Source: an uncultured SAR86 cluster bacterium
Lineage (GTDB): Bacteria; Pseudomonadota; Gammaproteobacteria; Magnimaribacterales; D2472
Direction of reading: 5' to 3'
DNA: 58,545 bases
Assembly (NCBI GenBank): GCA_902515455.1
Contig: CABXUO010000004.1
Span: 1 to 58,545 of the forward strand
Shown: piece after piece, positions 49,536-58,545 of the stretch
Numbering within the stretch: the stretch's first letter is position 1
Layout of the letters: every line of letters starts with the position of its first letter
The notes under the pieces: generated by a model
Databases searched by the model: none
The model's input: only the letters and a program-made list of their open reading frames with translations
What the model was told of the DNA's origin: nothing
Made by a program: the position numbers and the translations under genes

Positions 49536-50738
49536 TTATTCCTGAAAAGCTATCTGCAAGGCAGTAGTGAAAACTTCCATTGCTTCCTTTAAATCCTCGA
49601 GACCCAAGAAGGTTGGTGCCAGTCTAATATTTGAATCTGCTGGATCATTGAAATGAGGATATGTAGAGCCTGCAGGAGTGATTAAAACTCCAGCCTCTTC
49701 GCATAAAGCTATAACTCTTTTAGCAATAGGTTTATTTGTATTATAGGAAATGAAATATCCGCCTGTTGGTTTTTTGTAACTGCCTATTTCTGGATTTAAT
49801 GAATCCAAAGCATTAAAAGCGACCTCAAATTTTGGTTTAACTAATTCTGCATGTTGTTTCATATGATTCATAACATCATCTTTGTTTTTGAGGAATTCTG
49901 TATGGCGCAATTGATTTACCTTATCAGAAGATACAATCATAGAAGTTCTTTGCCTTACCAGGAGATTAAAAAGCTTAGTTCCTGCAGCAGCAAAAGATAA
50001 GCCCCCACTTCCAAATGTTACCTTAGAGAATGAACAAAATACTGCCGTTTGATCTAAAACATTATGTTTTTTAGCAAGGTCCCACACTGGAGTCTGATTT
50101 GCTGAAGACGAAAAATCATGGAGTAAATACGCATTATCAAAAATAAACAAAAATTCATTTGAGTACTCTTTTCCAAGCTGTAAAAGTTCTGAAATATTTT
50201 TATCTGAATAGACATCACCAGATGGATTTGAATGTCTTGGCACACACATTATCCCTTTTATATTTGTATTTTCTTCAAGTAACACTTTAAATTTTTCAAT
50301 ATCAACTCCTGAGCCTGTTAAAGGAACAGGCAACATTTTGATACCAAAATCATCTAATAATCTAAAGTGCCTATCAAAACCAGGAACTGGACAAATAAAT
50401 TTTATATTTTCTTGATTCTTCCATGGCGTCACCAATCCAAAAAGATAATTGGCAAGAATAAGTTGATAAATAAGCAGTAGGCTAGATTGCTCTCCAACTA
50501 AAGTATTTTCAATTGAGGCTGACATTAACTCTGCGCCAAGCTCTCTAGCCTCTGGTATACCAAGTGGATGACCATAGTTACGCACATCAACTCCACTAGG
50601 GCTTTCAGATAGAACACTGCTTGTTAAAAGTTGATTTGAAAGATCTAACTGATCAGCACCTGGCTTTCCACGAGTTAAATCAATCTTCAGATTTTTAGCT
50701 TTTAAGGAGGTAAATTTAGATTCTAGAGATTCATCCAT
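49536..50738 (-). CDS. PLP aminotransferase, actinobacterial AspAT (subgroup Ic)-like
   Basis: DLTRGKP...QLDLS, DVRNYG, CPVPGFDRHF, VP..SNP.G, DNAY, SK.TF, GGYF, NIRLAPT. Confidence 0.82.
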   Translation of the reverse strand: MDESLESKFTSLKAKNLKIDLTRGKPGADQLDLSNQLLTSSVLSESPSGVDVRNYGHPLGIPEARELGAELMSASIENTLVGEQSSLLLIYQLILANYLFGLVTPWKNQENIKFICPVPGFDRHFRLLDDFGIKMLPVPLTGSGVDIEKFKVLLEENTNIKGIMCVPRHSNPSGDVYSDKNISELLQLGKEYSNEFLFIFDNAYLLHDFSSSANQTPVWDLAKKHNVLDQTAVFCSFSKVTFGSGGLSFAAAGTKLFNLLVRQRTSMIVSSDKVNQLRHTEFLKNKDDVMNHMKQHAELVKPKFEVAFNALDSLNPEIGSYKKPTGGYFISYNTNKPIAKRVIALCEEAGVLITPAGSTYPHFNDPADSNIRLAPTFLGLEDLKEAMEVFTTALQIAFQE

Positions 50739-50777
50739 AGTTTAAAAAAGTCTTTTAAGATAACATAATAAATCATT

Positions 50778-51848
50778 ATGAGTATTCCTTCAGTTGTTTT
50801 AATAACAATCTTTATTTCGTTCATTTGCTTTATTGCAATGATCTTATTCTTAAAAGATTGGATTGAGAGATGGCTTGATAAGATGCATGAGAAGTCTGCT
50901 GAAGAGCAACAGCTTGTTCGAGAACTAGATGTTTCATCAATAAAATCAGCCATTGAGCCATTTAAGACACAGGTAAAAGATCTTAATGAGCAAATCATTA
51001 AGCTTCGAGAGGGCCAGTCTGAAAATAAAGAATCTTTTCGACAAGAAGTCAGTAAAGTTATTGATCAAACTAACAAAATTGGAGCAGATGCCAAGAATTT
51101 AACCACTGCTTTAAAGGGAGATTCAAAGACTCAAGGTGCTTGGGGTGAAATGATATTAGAAAAAACTCTTGAGGAGTCTGGGCTTAGAAAGGAGCAAGAT
51201 TACGAGCTTCAAAAAAGTTTTAGAGACGACCAAGGGAATCTTTTAATACCTGACGCAATTATCTACCTTCCTGGTGATAGGAATATTATTATTGATTCAA
51301 AAGTCTCATTAAAAGCATATACAAAATATATAAATTCGGATGATCCAGATACTAAAGCTAAGGCAGAGAAAGATCACGTTAAATCTCTTAAAGACCATAT
51401 GAAGGGACTTGGTGAAAAAGGTTATAAAAATATTGATGAAATTAATTCGCCGGATTATGTCCTAATTTTTGTTCCTCTTGAATCTGCTTTGTCGCTTGCT
51501 CTAAATTCAGATTGGGATATTCAAAGGATAGCAGCGCAACGACAGATGGGTTTCGTTACTCCAACAAATCTAATTGCCATTCTACGAATGGCAGAAAGTT
51601 TATGGAAATTAGATGCGCAAAATGAAAATGCAGCGAAAATCGCTCAAAGAGCTGGTCACCTAATCGACAAATTTTCAGGACTAGATACAGACCTATCTAA
51701 TATTGGAAAGTATATAAAACTAGCTAACAAATCATTTGAAGCAGCTGATAATAAATTAACTTCGGGCAAAGGAAATTTATTTGATCAAATTAAAGAATTG
51801 CAAAATTTAGGGGCAAAATCAAAAAAACTAATCTCAAATAAAAAATAA
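50778..51848 (+). CDS. rmuC: DNA recombination protein RmuC
   Basis: N-terminal TM segment and coiled coil; QG.WGE..LE..LE.SGL, PD.II.LP, IDSKVSL, F.P.E, TPT.L. Confidence 0.93.
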   Translation: MSIPSVVLITIFISFICFIAMILFLKDWIERWLDKMHEKSAEEQQLVRELDVSSIKSAIEPFKTQVKDLNEQIIKLREGQSENKESFRQEVSKVIDQTNKIGADAKNLTTALKGDSKTQGAWGEMILEKTLEESGLRKEQDYELQKSFRDDQGNLLIPDAIIYLPGDRNIIIDSKVSLKAYTKYINSDDPDTKAKAEKDHVKSLKDHMKGLGEKGYKNIDEINSPDYVLIFVPLESALSLALNSDWDIQRIAAQRQMGFVTPTNLIAILRMAESLWKLDAQNENAAKIAQRAGHLIDKFSGLDTDLSNIGKYIKLANKSFEAADNKLTSGKGNLFDQIKELQNLGAKSKKLISNKK

Positions 51849-51851
51849 GTT

Positions 51852-52505
51852 TTATTTAATAATTATCTGATCCTCTTTAAACTCAATTATTCTATCTGAA
51901 AAATACTCAGCCTCATCCTCATCATGGGTAACTAAAACTACTGACAGACCTTTTTCTTTAAAAATTTTCTTTGTTTCGACATGCAAGTCACTTTTAAGTT
52001 TTTTATCAAGCGCAGCAAACGGCTCATCAAGTAAAAGAATATCTGGATTAGTAATTAGTGCTCTAGCAAAAGCAACACGTTGTTGCTGACCAGCTGATAT
52101 TTCATGAGGAAATTTATCTGCTAAATCAAGAACTTTAAACAACTCAAGAAATTCACGGGTCAAAGATTCTTTTTCTTCCATATAATTTATTCCAAACATT
52201 ACATTTTTTTTAACGTTTAAATGAGGGAAAAGAGCCCTATCTTCAACCACAAGCCCCAAGTTTCTTTTTTCAGGAGGTAATATGAAATTTTTACTTGAAA
52301 CTAGCTTTTCCTTTATTCTTACTTCACCCTCAGCCGGTTCCTCCAAGCCAGCAATAATTCTTAATAAAGTTGTTTTGCCTATGCCAGAAGCACCAATTAT
52401 TGATGCGATTTCACCATCTTTTAATGAAAAACTAAAATCTTTTATTGTTGAAATTTCATTGCCATATGAGTGGAATAAATTACTTATTTCAAGAATTTTT
52501 TTCAT
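51852..52505 (-). CDS. fbpC: Fe3+ ABC transporter ATP-binding subunit (no C-terminal regulatory domain)
   Basis: GASGIGKTT, ALFPHL, ISAGQQQRVA.ARAL, LLDEPF, VTHD; operon with permease and binding protein. Confidence 0.85.
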   Translation of the reverse strand: MKKILEISNLFHSYGNEISTIKDFSFSLKDGEIASIIGASGIGKTTLLRIIAGLEEPAEGEVRIKEKLVSSKNFILPPEKRNLGLVVEDRALFPHLNVKKNVMFGINYMEEKESLTREFLELFKVLDLADKFPHEISAGQQQRVAFARALITNPDILLLDEPFAALDKKLKSDLHVETKKIFKEKGLSVVLVTHDEDEAEYFSDRIIEFKEDQIIIK

Positions 52506-54127
52506 TCTTTGCCTTCCAATCGAGATGCTCTTATCATTTTTGTTAAAAAGAAAATAGGTATTAAACCAATTAATATTATGGCTGTTGCTGGAGCAGCTGC
52601 TTCAATCATTCTTTCCTCTGAGGCATAAATATATGTTGAAACTGCTAAAGTTTCAAAATTAAAAGGTCGTAAAATTAATGTTGCTGGTAATTCCTTCACA
52701 ACTTCAGATGCAACTAAAAGAATACTGGTGAAAAAACTAGTCTTTAATAGAGGGAAATGAATTCTAAAAAGTAGATTCAAACCTTTTGATTTTAAAATAC
52801 GAGCACTATCATCAAGCGTTTGACTTATCTTTTGATAACCAGCCTCATAAGTAGAATTCGCTAAAGCATAAGACTTGATGATGTAAGCAAAGATCAAACC
52901 AAATATACTCCCCGTAACAAAATATCCCTCAAAGGAATTCAATACATTGTTATCTATAAATACAAATAATTGAACAATTCCTACCGCGAGAATTAGTCCT
53001 GGTACAGCATATCCGATATTTAAAAAAGGATTGATTGCTTTAATGGTTGAGCTATTTTTATATCTAATTGAAAAATTAATTAACATTGCGATAAAGGTGC
53101 AAAGTATTGCAGAAAATACCGATAACAAAATTGTATTAAAAGATATTCTAAAAAAATGTTTTTCAAAAAAACCCGAGTTAAATCTTAATGACCAATTTAA
53201 AATTTCAAGTATTGGCAAAATAAAACCAATAAATATTGGTACAAAACAAATAAGAAAAAACAAAAAAGATTGTTGAGAAGATACCTTCTTAATTTGCATT
53301 GGCTTGAAATTTGATGAAATAGTAGAAAAACTAGCGTTTTTTCTAGATGATCTTTCTATTACTAAACAAAAAGTTATAAAAATTAAAAGCATTGATGCCA
53401 ATTGCATAGCAGTAGTCAAATCATACATTCCATACCAAGTCCTAAAAATACCTGTTGTAAATGTTGAAACAGCAAAGTGATCAACTGCACCAAAGTCAGA
53501 CAAGGTTTCCATAGCAACTATCATGGTGCCTGCGATTAATGCTGGTCTTACAACAGGAAGAGCTAGTTTTAAAAAAATTAATTTTTGAGATAAGCCTAAT
53601 GTTCTACCAATTTCAAACATAGATCTTGATTGATTCAAAAAAGCGGTGCGACATATCAAATACACATATGGATAAAGGGTAAATGAAAAAACTAAAATTG
53701 CTCCATAGACATTTCGGATATTTGGAAAAAGTGACTCACTTTTTTGTAAATTAAAGATCGATCCTGCAATTTCATTCAATGTTCCATATGAGTCAAATAA
53801 ACCCGTAAATGTATAGGCTAAAATGTATGGTGGTATTGCTAATGGCAAGATAAGGCCCCATTCAAAAAAACGTCTACCTAAAAACTGATAATTTGTGACT
53901 ATCCAAGCTGTGACAGAACCTATGATTATGACTAGAGTTGAAACTCCCGATACTAAAATGAACGAGTTAACAATATAGTCAGTCAGAACATAGTTATAAA
54001 TATGCTCCCAGTTTTCAGAGTAATCACTAAAGAGACTAAACAAAATTACAAGTATAGGAGACATGAATATCAGAAGAATAAGAATTGGCAAGACATGCCA
54101 AATAGAAAAAATTTTAGAAAACGGCAC
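52502..54127 (-). CDS. fbpB: Fe3+ ABC transporter permease
   Basis: Duplicated TM halves; LPLAIPPYI, YPYVY, METLSDFG, GYAVPG, KELPAT..LRPFNF. Confidence 0.92.
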   Translation of the reverse strand: MPFSKIFSIWHVLPILILLIFMSPILVILFSLFSDYSENWEHIYNYVLTDYIVNSFILVSGVSTLVIIIGSVTAWIVTNYQFLGRRFFEWGLILPLAIPPYILAYTFTGLFDSYGTLNEIAGSIFNLQKSESLFPNIRNVYGAILVFSFTLYPYVYLICRTAFLNQSRSMFEIGRTLGLSQKLIFLKLALPVVRPALIAGTMIVAMETLSDFGAVDHFAVSTFTTGIFRTWYGMYDLTTAMQLASMLLIFITFCLVIERSSRKNASFSTISSNFKPMQIKKVSSQQSFLFFLICFVPIFIGFILPILEILNWSLRFNSGFFEKHFFRISFNTILLSVFSAILCTFIAMLINFSIRYKNSSTIKAINPFLNIGYAVPGLILAVGIVQLFVFIDNNVLNSFEGYFVTGSIFGLIFAYIIKSYALANSTYEAGYQKISQTLDDSARILKSKGLNLLFRIHFPLLKTSFFTSILLVASEVVKELPATLILRPFNFETLAVSTYIYASEERMIEAAAPATAIILIGLIPIFFLTKMIRASRLEGKE

Positions 54128-54173
54128 TTTGTATAACTGAGTTAAGTTAACAAATCAGATTATCATATAATGG

Positions 54174-55193
54174 CTATTTCCAGCCAGCCCTATCCATAAG
54201 TTTTAGAGCCTCTGAATTAAATCTACCGTACTCTGAAACCAAGATTTCATCCTCTACAAAACCCAATCCAGAACTAGCTATATCAGGATGAGGTAGGACA
54301 TTTTTTGTGACAGGATACTCAAATGAATTATTTACCATGCTTGCTTGCATTTTTTTGGATAGCAAAAACTCTATGAATCTATTTGCATTATCAACATTTT
54401 TTGCATTCTTTAAAACGCCCAATCCACTTATATTAATATGCACTCCCCTGTCCTTCTGATTAGGAAAAAACATTTTTACCTTCTGTGCAGATTTTTGTTG
54501 ATCTTCGCCTGCTTTTCCAGACAACATATATCCGTAATAATAGCTGTTAGCTATTGCAAGATCTGCCATGCCATTAGCAACTGCCATAATTTGAGATCTG
54601 TCATTACCTTGAGGTTTTCTTGCAAAATTTGATACTAGCCCTTTGGCCCATGATTCTGTTTTTTCTATCCCATGAGTTGAAATTAATGATGCTACTAATG
54701 ATTGATTATAGATATTATTAGAACTTCTTATAACAATCCTATTGCTCCACTCTTTATCGGCAAGATTCTCATAGCGAAGATCTGTTATTTCTTCACTTGA
54801 TACATTATCTGGATTATAAAAAATTACTCGCGCTCTTTTAGCAATTGCTATCCATTCATCATTAGGACCTCTTAAGTTTTTAGGTACTATTGATAAAGCT
54901 TTTGAAGAGGAGATACTTTGAAAATAGCCTTCTTTTTGAATTTTCCATAAATTGCCTGCATCTACAGTAAAAAAAACATCTGCAGGAGAGTTTGCACCCT
55001 CAGATTTTAATCTTTCAAGTAAAGCGCTTCCATTGCCTGAAATAACATTAATTTTAATTCCAGTCTCTTTCCGAAAATCTTCATATAGCTGATCATCAGA
55101 GTCATAGTGTCTTGAAGTGTAAATATTTACTTCATTAGCAACAGACAATGAGCTTGCAACCACTAAAATTAGAGAAAGAGTGGATTTAAACAT
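54174..55193 (-). CDS. fbpA: Fe3+ ABC transporter substrate-binding protein (FutA/FbpA)
   Basis: Signal peptide; YTSRHY, EG.NSPAD, RSS.NIYNQS, GNDR, ANSYY, HINISG. Confidence 0.94.
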   Translation of the reverse strand: MFKSTLSLILVVASSLSVANEVNIYTSRHYDSDDQLYEDFRKETGIKINVISGNGSALLERLKSEGANSPADVFFTVDAGNLWKIQKEGYFQSISSSKALSIVPKNLRGPNDEWIAIAKRARVIFYNPDNVSSEEITDLRYENLADKEWSNRIVIRSSNNIYNQSLVASLISTHGIEKTESWAKGLVSNFARKPQGNDRSQIMAVANGMADLAIANSYYYGYMLSGKAGEDQQKSAQKVKMFFPNQKDRGVHINISGLGVLKNAKNVDNANRFIEFLLSKKMQASMVNNSFEYPVTKNVLPHPDIASSGLGFVEDEILVSEYGRFNSEALKLMDRAGWK

Positions 55194-55218
55194 TCGGGAC
55201 CTCTTATTATGTATTCAT

Positions 55219-55233
55219 TGAGAATGATTCTCA
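55219..55233. promoter_or_regulatory. Fur box
   Basis: Perfect 7-1-7 palindrome TGAGAAT-G-ATTCTCA 26-40 bp upstream of the Fe3+-binding protein gene. Confidence 0.85.
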
Positions 55234-55238
55234 TTTGG

Positions 55239-55266
55239 ATTATATAGAAAGAAAAATTCTTTTCAA
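55239..55266 (-). promoter_or_regulatory. Putative sigma70 promoter of the Fe3+ ABC operon
   Basis: Minus strand TTGAAA-16 nt-TATAAT immediately upstream of the Fur box; the AT-rich background weakens the call. Confidence 0.5.
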
Positions 55267-55931
55267 ATTATTGGCAATTTTATAACTTGCCAACCTCTTT
55301 CGATTGAAATTTTCTCTAGTTTTGTATCAGGATTTACAGCCTTTGGGAATTCAACTGCCTCCATTAAAGGTAGGTCATTTATAGAATCTGAATAAAAAGT
55401 TGCGCCTTTAAAATTTTTATATTTATTGTCATTTAGCCAAGACTGAACTAATTCTAACTTTCCTTCACCCAAAGCAGATGGAGGAATAAATTCACCTGTG
55501 CATTTATTGTTTTTAAATTCTACTTTTGTAGCTATAACATTTTTAATTTCTAATCTTTTAGCTATTGGTTTTACAATCAGCTCATTTGTTGCACTTGCAA
55601 GTAATATTTTATGTCCCTTTTCATAATGCTCATGTAATAGTTTTAGGGCAAATATATTTATCATAGGTTCAATTATTTTTTCTACAAATGGAAAAATGAT
55701 TTCGTATACTTCTTTTCTTGTCATTCCTATGTATGGCTTTAAAGCAAAATTCGTATATTGATTAAAATCTAATTTTCCATGCTGATAATCTCGAATAAAT
55801 TCATCATTTTTTTGCTTTGCAGCTTTATCAAGTAAATTTATATCTATCAGATAATTAATCATCGAATAATCTGAATCACCGTTAAGAATGGTATTATCTA
55901 AATCAAAAATAGCTAAATCAGGCTCGCTCAT
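55263..55931 (-). CDS. HAD-IB hydrolase (possible histidinol-phosphate phosphatase)
   Basis: FDLDNT..GDSD, SAT, GEGK, FYSDSINDLPL, AVNPD; divergent from rppH. Confidence 0.85.
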   Translation of the reverse strand: MSEPDLAIFDLDNTILNGDSDYSMINYLIDINLLDKAAKQKNDEFIRDYQHGKLDFNQYTNFALKPYIGMTRKEVYEIIFPFVEKIIEPMINIFALKLLHEHYEKGHKILLASATNELIVKPIAKRLEIKNVIATKVEFKNNKCTGEFIPPSALGEGKLELVQSWLNDNKYKNFKGATFYSDSINDLPLMEAVEFPKAVNPDTKLEKISIERGWQVIKLPII

Positions 55932-55947
55932 AAGAGGTTAATCTAAC

Positions 55948-56430
55948 ATGAATGATAAACGTTACAGAAAAAATGTTGGCTTAATTGTATTAAACAAAAA
56001 GAATCAATTGTTGATTTGCAAAAGAAAGGATAAAAGCGCCTGGCAATTTCCCCAAGGCGGGATTGATAAGGGAGAGAAAAATTTAGATGCTGCTTATAGA
56101 GAACTCTTCGAGGAGGTTGGAATTAATAAACATCAGGTAAAAGTTATTGCAAGAAGTAAGCATTGGTATCATTACGATATACCTAAAGGATATAAACCAA
56201 GACCGAAAAGCTTAAAGAATTTTTCTGGTCAAAAGCAAAAATGGTATTTACTCAAAGCTAAAAATGAGCTCAAAATAAATCTCTCAAATCAAATCCCCCA
56301 AGAATTTATAGACTATAGATGGTCTTCTTATTGGTTTGCTTTAACAAATGTTGTTCCGTTTAAACAAGAAGTTTATAGAAATATATTGCTTGAATTTCTC
56401 CCAAAATATATAAATATTTATGATAATTGA
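55948..56430 (+). CDS. rppH: RNA pyrophosphohydrolase
   Basis: YR.NVG, WQFPQGGID.GE, RELFEEVG, GQKQKW, VPFK..VY. Confidence 0.96.
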   Translation: MNDKRYRKNVGLIVLNKKNQLLICKRKDKSAWQFPQGGIDKGEKNLDAAYRELFEEVGINKHQVKVIARSKHWYHYDIPKGYKPRPKSLKNFSGQKQKWYLLKAKNELKINLSNQIPQEFIDYRWSSYWFALTNVVPFKQEVYRNILLEFLPKYINIYDN

Positions 56431-57229
56431 AATTCTTATTTATCTATCTTTAGGAGCATTTACTGGTTTGTTAGCGGGCATGTTTGGTATTGGCGGTGGC
56501 AGCATATTAGTTCCATCATTAATTTTTATTTTTTATGGTATGGGATTTGAAACCTCCATTATATTCCTTATGGCGATTGGTACATCGCTTGCAAGTATTT
56601 TTTTCTCAGCCATTTCATCAGCACTTTCTCATCACAAAAAAAGAAGTGTTGAATGGCCTTTGGTAATTCCTTTATCAATGGGAATGATCTTAGGTTCTGT
56701 TCTCGGCGCAGGGTATGCAGCGACCCTTACAAATGAGAATTTAAAATGGATCATTACAATTTTTTTAATTGTAATTGGCATAGAAATGATTTCTAACTTC
56801 ACAAAATCTCTTGCCAATAAAGATCAGAAGCTTATTACTTTATCTAAATCTATTATGCCAATTCATGGATCTTGGATAGGATTTTTATCTTCTATCATTG
56901 GAATTGGAGGAGGGTCATTTACCACACCACTAATGATCGCTGGAGGCTACAACATTCGCAGAGGAATTGGCAGTGCAGCAGCTTGTGGAGTTCCAATAGC
57001 TGCTGCAGGAGCTATTGGATATATGTATTTTGGAAAATCATCAGAAGTAGCACTTCCACCAGGAGCTTTTGGTTATGTTTTTTTGCCAGCAGTTATTTCA
57101 ATCTCTTTAGCTAGCATATTAACTGCTAGACTCGGAGCTGATGTAAGTCACTCAATTTCTGAGAAAAATCTTAAAATATCATTTGGCATATTTTTAATTT
57201 TGATTGGTATTTTGGTAATAGCAAATTGA
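56420..57229 (+). CDS. Sulfite exporter TauE/SafE family membrane protein
   Basis: AGMFGIGGG..LVP, GTSLA, GIGGG repeat; upstream of lgt. Confidence 0.9.
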   Translation: MIIEILIYLSLGAFTGLLAGMFGIGGGSILVPSLIFIFYGMGFETSIIFLMAIGTSLASIFFSAISSALSHHKKRSVEWPLVIPLSMGMILGSVLGAGYAATLTNENLKWIITIFLIVIGIEMISNFTKSLANKDQKLITLSKSIMPIHGSWIGFLSSIIGIGGGSFTTPLMIAGGYNIRRGIGSAAACGVPIAAAGAIGYMYFGKSSEVALPPGAFGYVFLPAVISISLASILTARLGADVSHSISEKNLKISFGIFLILIGILVIAN

Positions 57230-58032
57230 TCATTGAACTTACAGATTTCTTCAATAATCCAAGTTTAATTGAGATTGGCTGGTTTAGAATTCAATATTAT
57301 GCTGTCACATGGATCCTATCAGCGATTTTTATTTTTCAGTATTTAAAAAACCATCAAATCATCAAAGAGTTAAAACTAACTTCCGATCAAGTCAATGATA
57401 TTGTATTTTTGTATGGATTAATATTTGGTGCCATGCTGGGCGGAAGATTTGGTTACATGTTTTTCTATGGCTTGGATCAATTAGCATCAAACCCACTGAG
57501 TTTATTTTTTATATGGGAAGGGGGCTTAAGTTTTCATGGTGGTTTGATTGGAGTTATTTTGAGTTTGTATGTCTATTGCTATCAATACAAGATATCTTTT
57601 CTTAGACTTGCAGATTCTATATGTCTTGCCATGCCAATTGGTCTTGGCTTGGTAAGAATTGGAAACTTTATGAATGGAGAGCTTTTTGGAAGGCCTACTG
57701 ATGGAACTTGGGGATTTATTTTTCCAACAGATCCATATGGCTTTACAAGACATCCATCGCAACTCTATGAAGCATTTTTTGAGGGTGTATTTCTCTTTAT
57801 TTTGCTTATGTTTGTTAATCTTAAAAATAATAAGCATGGGGTTATCAGTGGAACCTTCTTGCTGGGTTATGGAGCAATAAGATTTTTTGTAGAATACTTT
57901 AGGCAACCTGATTCTCACATGGGTTTTGTTGCATTACAATTAAGCATGGGTCAGCTTCTTAGCATCCCCATGGCAATTATTGGGCTCTTACTTTTGATGA
58001 AATCTTTAAAGAAAAATGAAGCAATATCTTGA
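57226..58032 (+). CDS. lgt: Prolipoprotein diacylglyceryl transferase
   Basis: GGRFGY, GGLSFHGG, RIGNFMNGEL.GR, RHPSQLYE, RFFVEYFRQPD, MGQLLS.PM. Confidence 0.97.
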   Translation: MIIELTDFFNNPSLIEIGWFRIQYYAVTWILSAIFIFQYLKNHQIIKELKLTSDQVNDIVFLYGLIFGAMLGGRFGYMFFYGLDQLASNPLSLFFIWEGGLSFHGGLIGVILSLYVYCYQYKISFLRLADSICLAMPIGLGLVRIGNFMNGELFGRPTDGTWGFIFPTDPYGFTRHPSQLYEAFFEGVFLFILLMFVNLKNNKHGVISGTFLLGYGAIRFFVEYFRQPDSHMGFVALQLSMGQLLSIPMAIIGLLLLMKSLKKNEAIS

Positions 58033-58545
58033 TCTATTAGACTACATACTTAAAAACGGTGAGGATCGAGGAGATAGAACTGGAACGGGCGTAATTTCCT
58101 CTTTTGGACATCAAATCCGTTTTGATCTTAAAGATGGATTCCCTGCGGTTACAACTAAATCACTTGCCTGGAAAGGAGTGGTTTCAGAATTATTATGGTT
58201 TCTTGAAGGCTCAGATGATGAGCGTAGATTAGCTGAAATTAGATTTGAAAAAGATCGGACTGAACTGACTGATTTAAGTAAATTTTCCACCATCTGGACC
58301 GATAATGCTGACAATCAAGGAATTGATCTTGGTTATGAAAATAATGATATTACAAAAAAACTTGGTCCAGTATATGGAGTTCAATGGAGAAATTGGGGCG
58401 GCGTTGATCAGATTAAAAAATTAATAAATGGTATTAAATCTAATCCCTATGGAAGAAGGCACATTTTGAGTGCATGGAACGTCGAGCAACTTGATTATAT
58501 GGCGCTACCCCCCATGTCATGTCATGTCACAATTCTATGTTTCTG
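58016..58545 (+). CDS. thyA: Thymidylate synthase, T4-phage-like type (3'-truncated; absent from the ORF track; apparent extra C near the end)
   Basis: Hand translation MKQYLDLL...DRTGTG...GFPAVTTK...ELLWFL...LGPVYGVQWR...DQI...RRHILSAWN...MALPP; CHVMSQFYV follows in the +1 frame. Confidence 0.95.
   Translation, partial: MKQYLDLLDYILKNGEDRGDRTGTGVISSFGHQIRFDLKDGFPAVTTKSLAWKGVVSELLWFLEGSDDERRLAEIRFEKDRTELTDLSKFSTIWTDNADNQGIDLGYENNDITKKLGPVYGVQWRNWGGVDQIKKLINGIKSNPYGRRHILSAWNVEQLDYMALPPMSCHVTILCF

Noticed and set aside
58513-58529. (CATGT)x3 tandem repeat
   Set aside because: Explained by the codons for P-C-H-V-M-S in ThyA.
1-58545. CRISPR arrays, IS elements, integrases, defence systems, riboswitches, rRNA
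   Set aside because: None visible by eye: no repeat-spacer pattern, no recombinase or transposase motifs, and spacers mostly too short. An Rfam/Infernal scan would be needed to exclude small RNAs in 37499-37618, 48366-48485 and 48711-48833.

Overview
AT-rich, densely packed chromosomal segment of a streamlined Gammaproteobacterium, probably marine. Gene order, very short intergenic spacers and compact proteins suggest a SAR86-like lineage, which is an inference. Most of the window is core housekeeping: surA-pdxA-rsmA-apaH-cca-folM, folK/folB/tsaD, rpsU, rph-pyrE, yicC-gmk-rpoZ-spoT, recG, a membrane pyrophosphatase, ubiC-ubiA, a glutamine synthetase-ntrB-ntrC locus, gpmA-mutY-yggX, a Fur-boxed Fe3+ ABC transporter and rppH-tauE-lgt-thyA (cut by the window end). 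An accessory-looking block at about 36.7-49.2 kb surrounds a tRNA-Phe(GAA). I see no integrase, transposase, CRISPR array or rRNA. Main observations: (1) a lipoprotein GH106-type alpha-L-rhamnosidase whose motif order looks circularly permuted; (2) a type II glutamine synthetase in the glnA position, behind an intact sigma54/NtrC promoter; (3) a T4-phage-like ThyA in the native lgt-thyA slot; (4) a diverged 112-bp tandem duplication of the yqiB/yqiA junction that creates a chimeric 39-aa ORF; (5) a secreted amidohydrolase paired with an apparently inactive paralogue. A rubredoxin and thyA, both missing from the ORF track, were read by hand. Two homopolymer frameshifts (yicC, thyA) may be sequencing errors. 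All family assignments come from motif recognition by eye, not from database searches.
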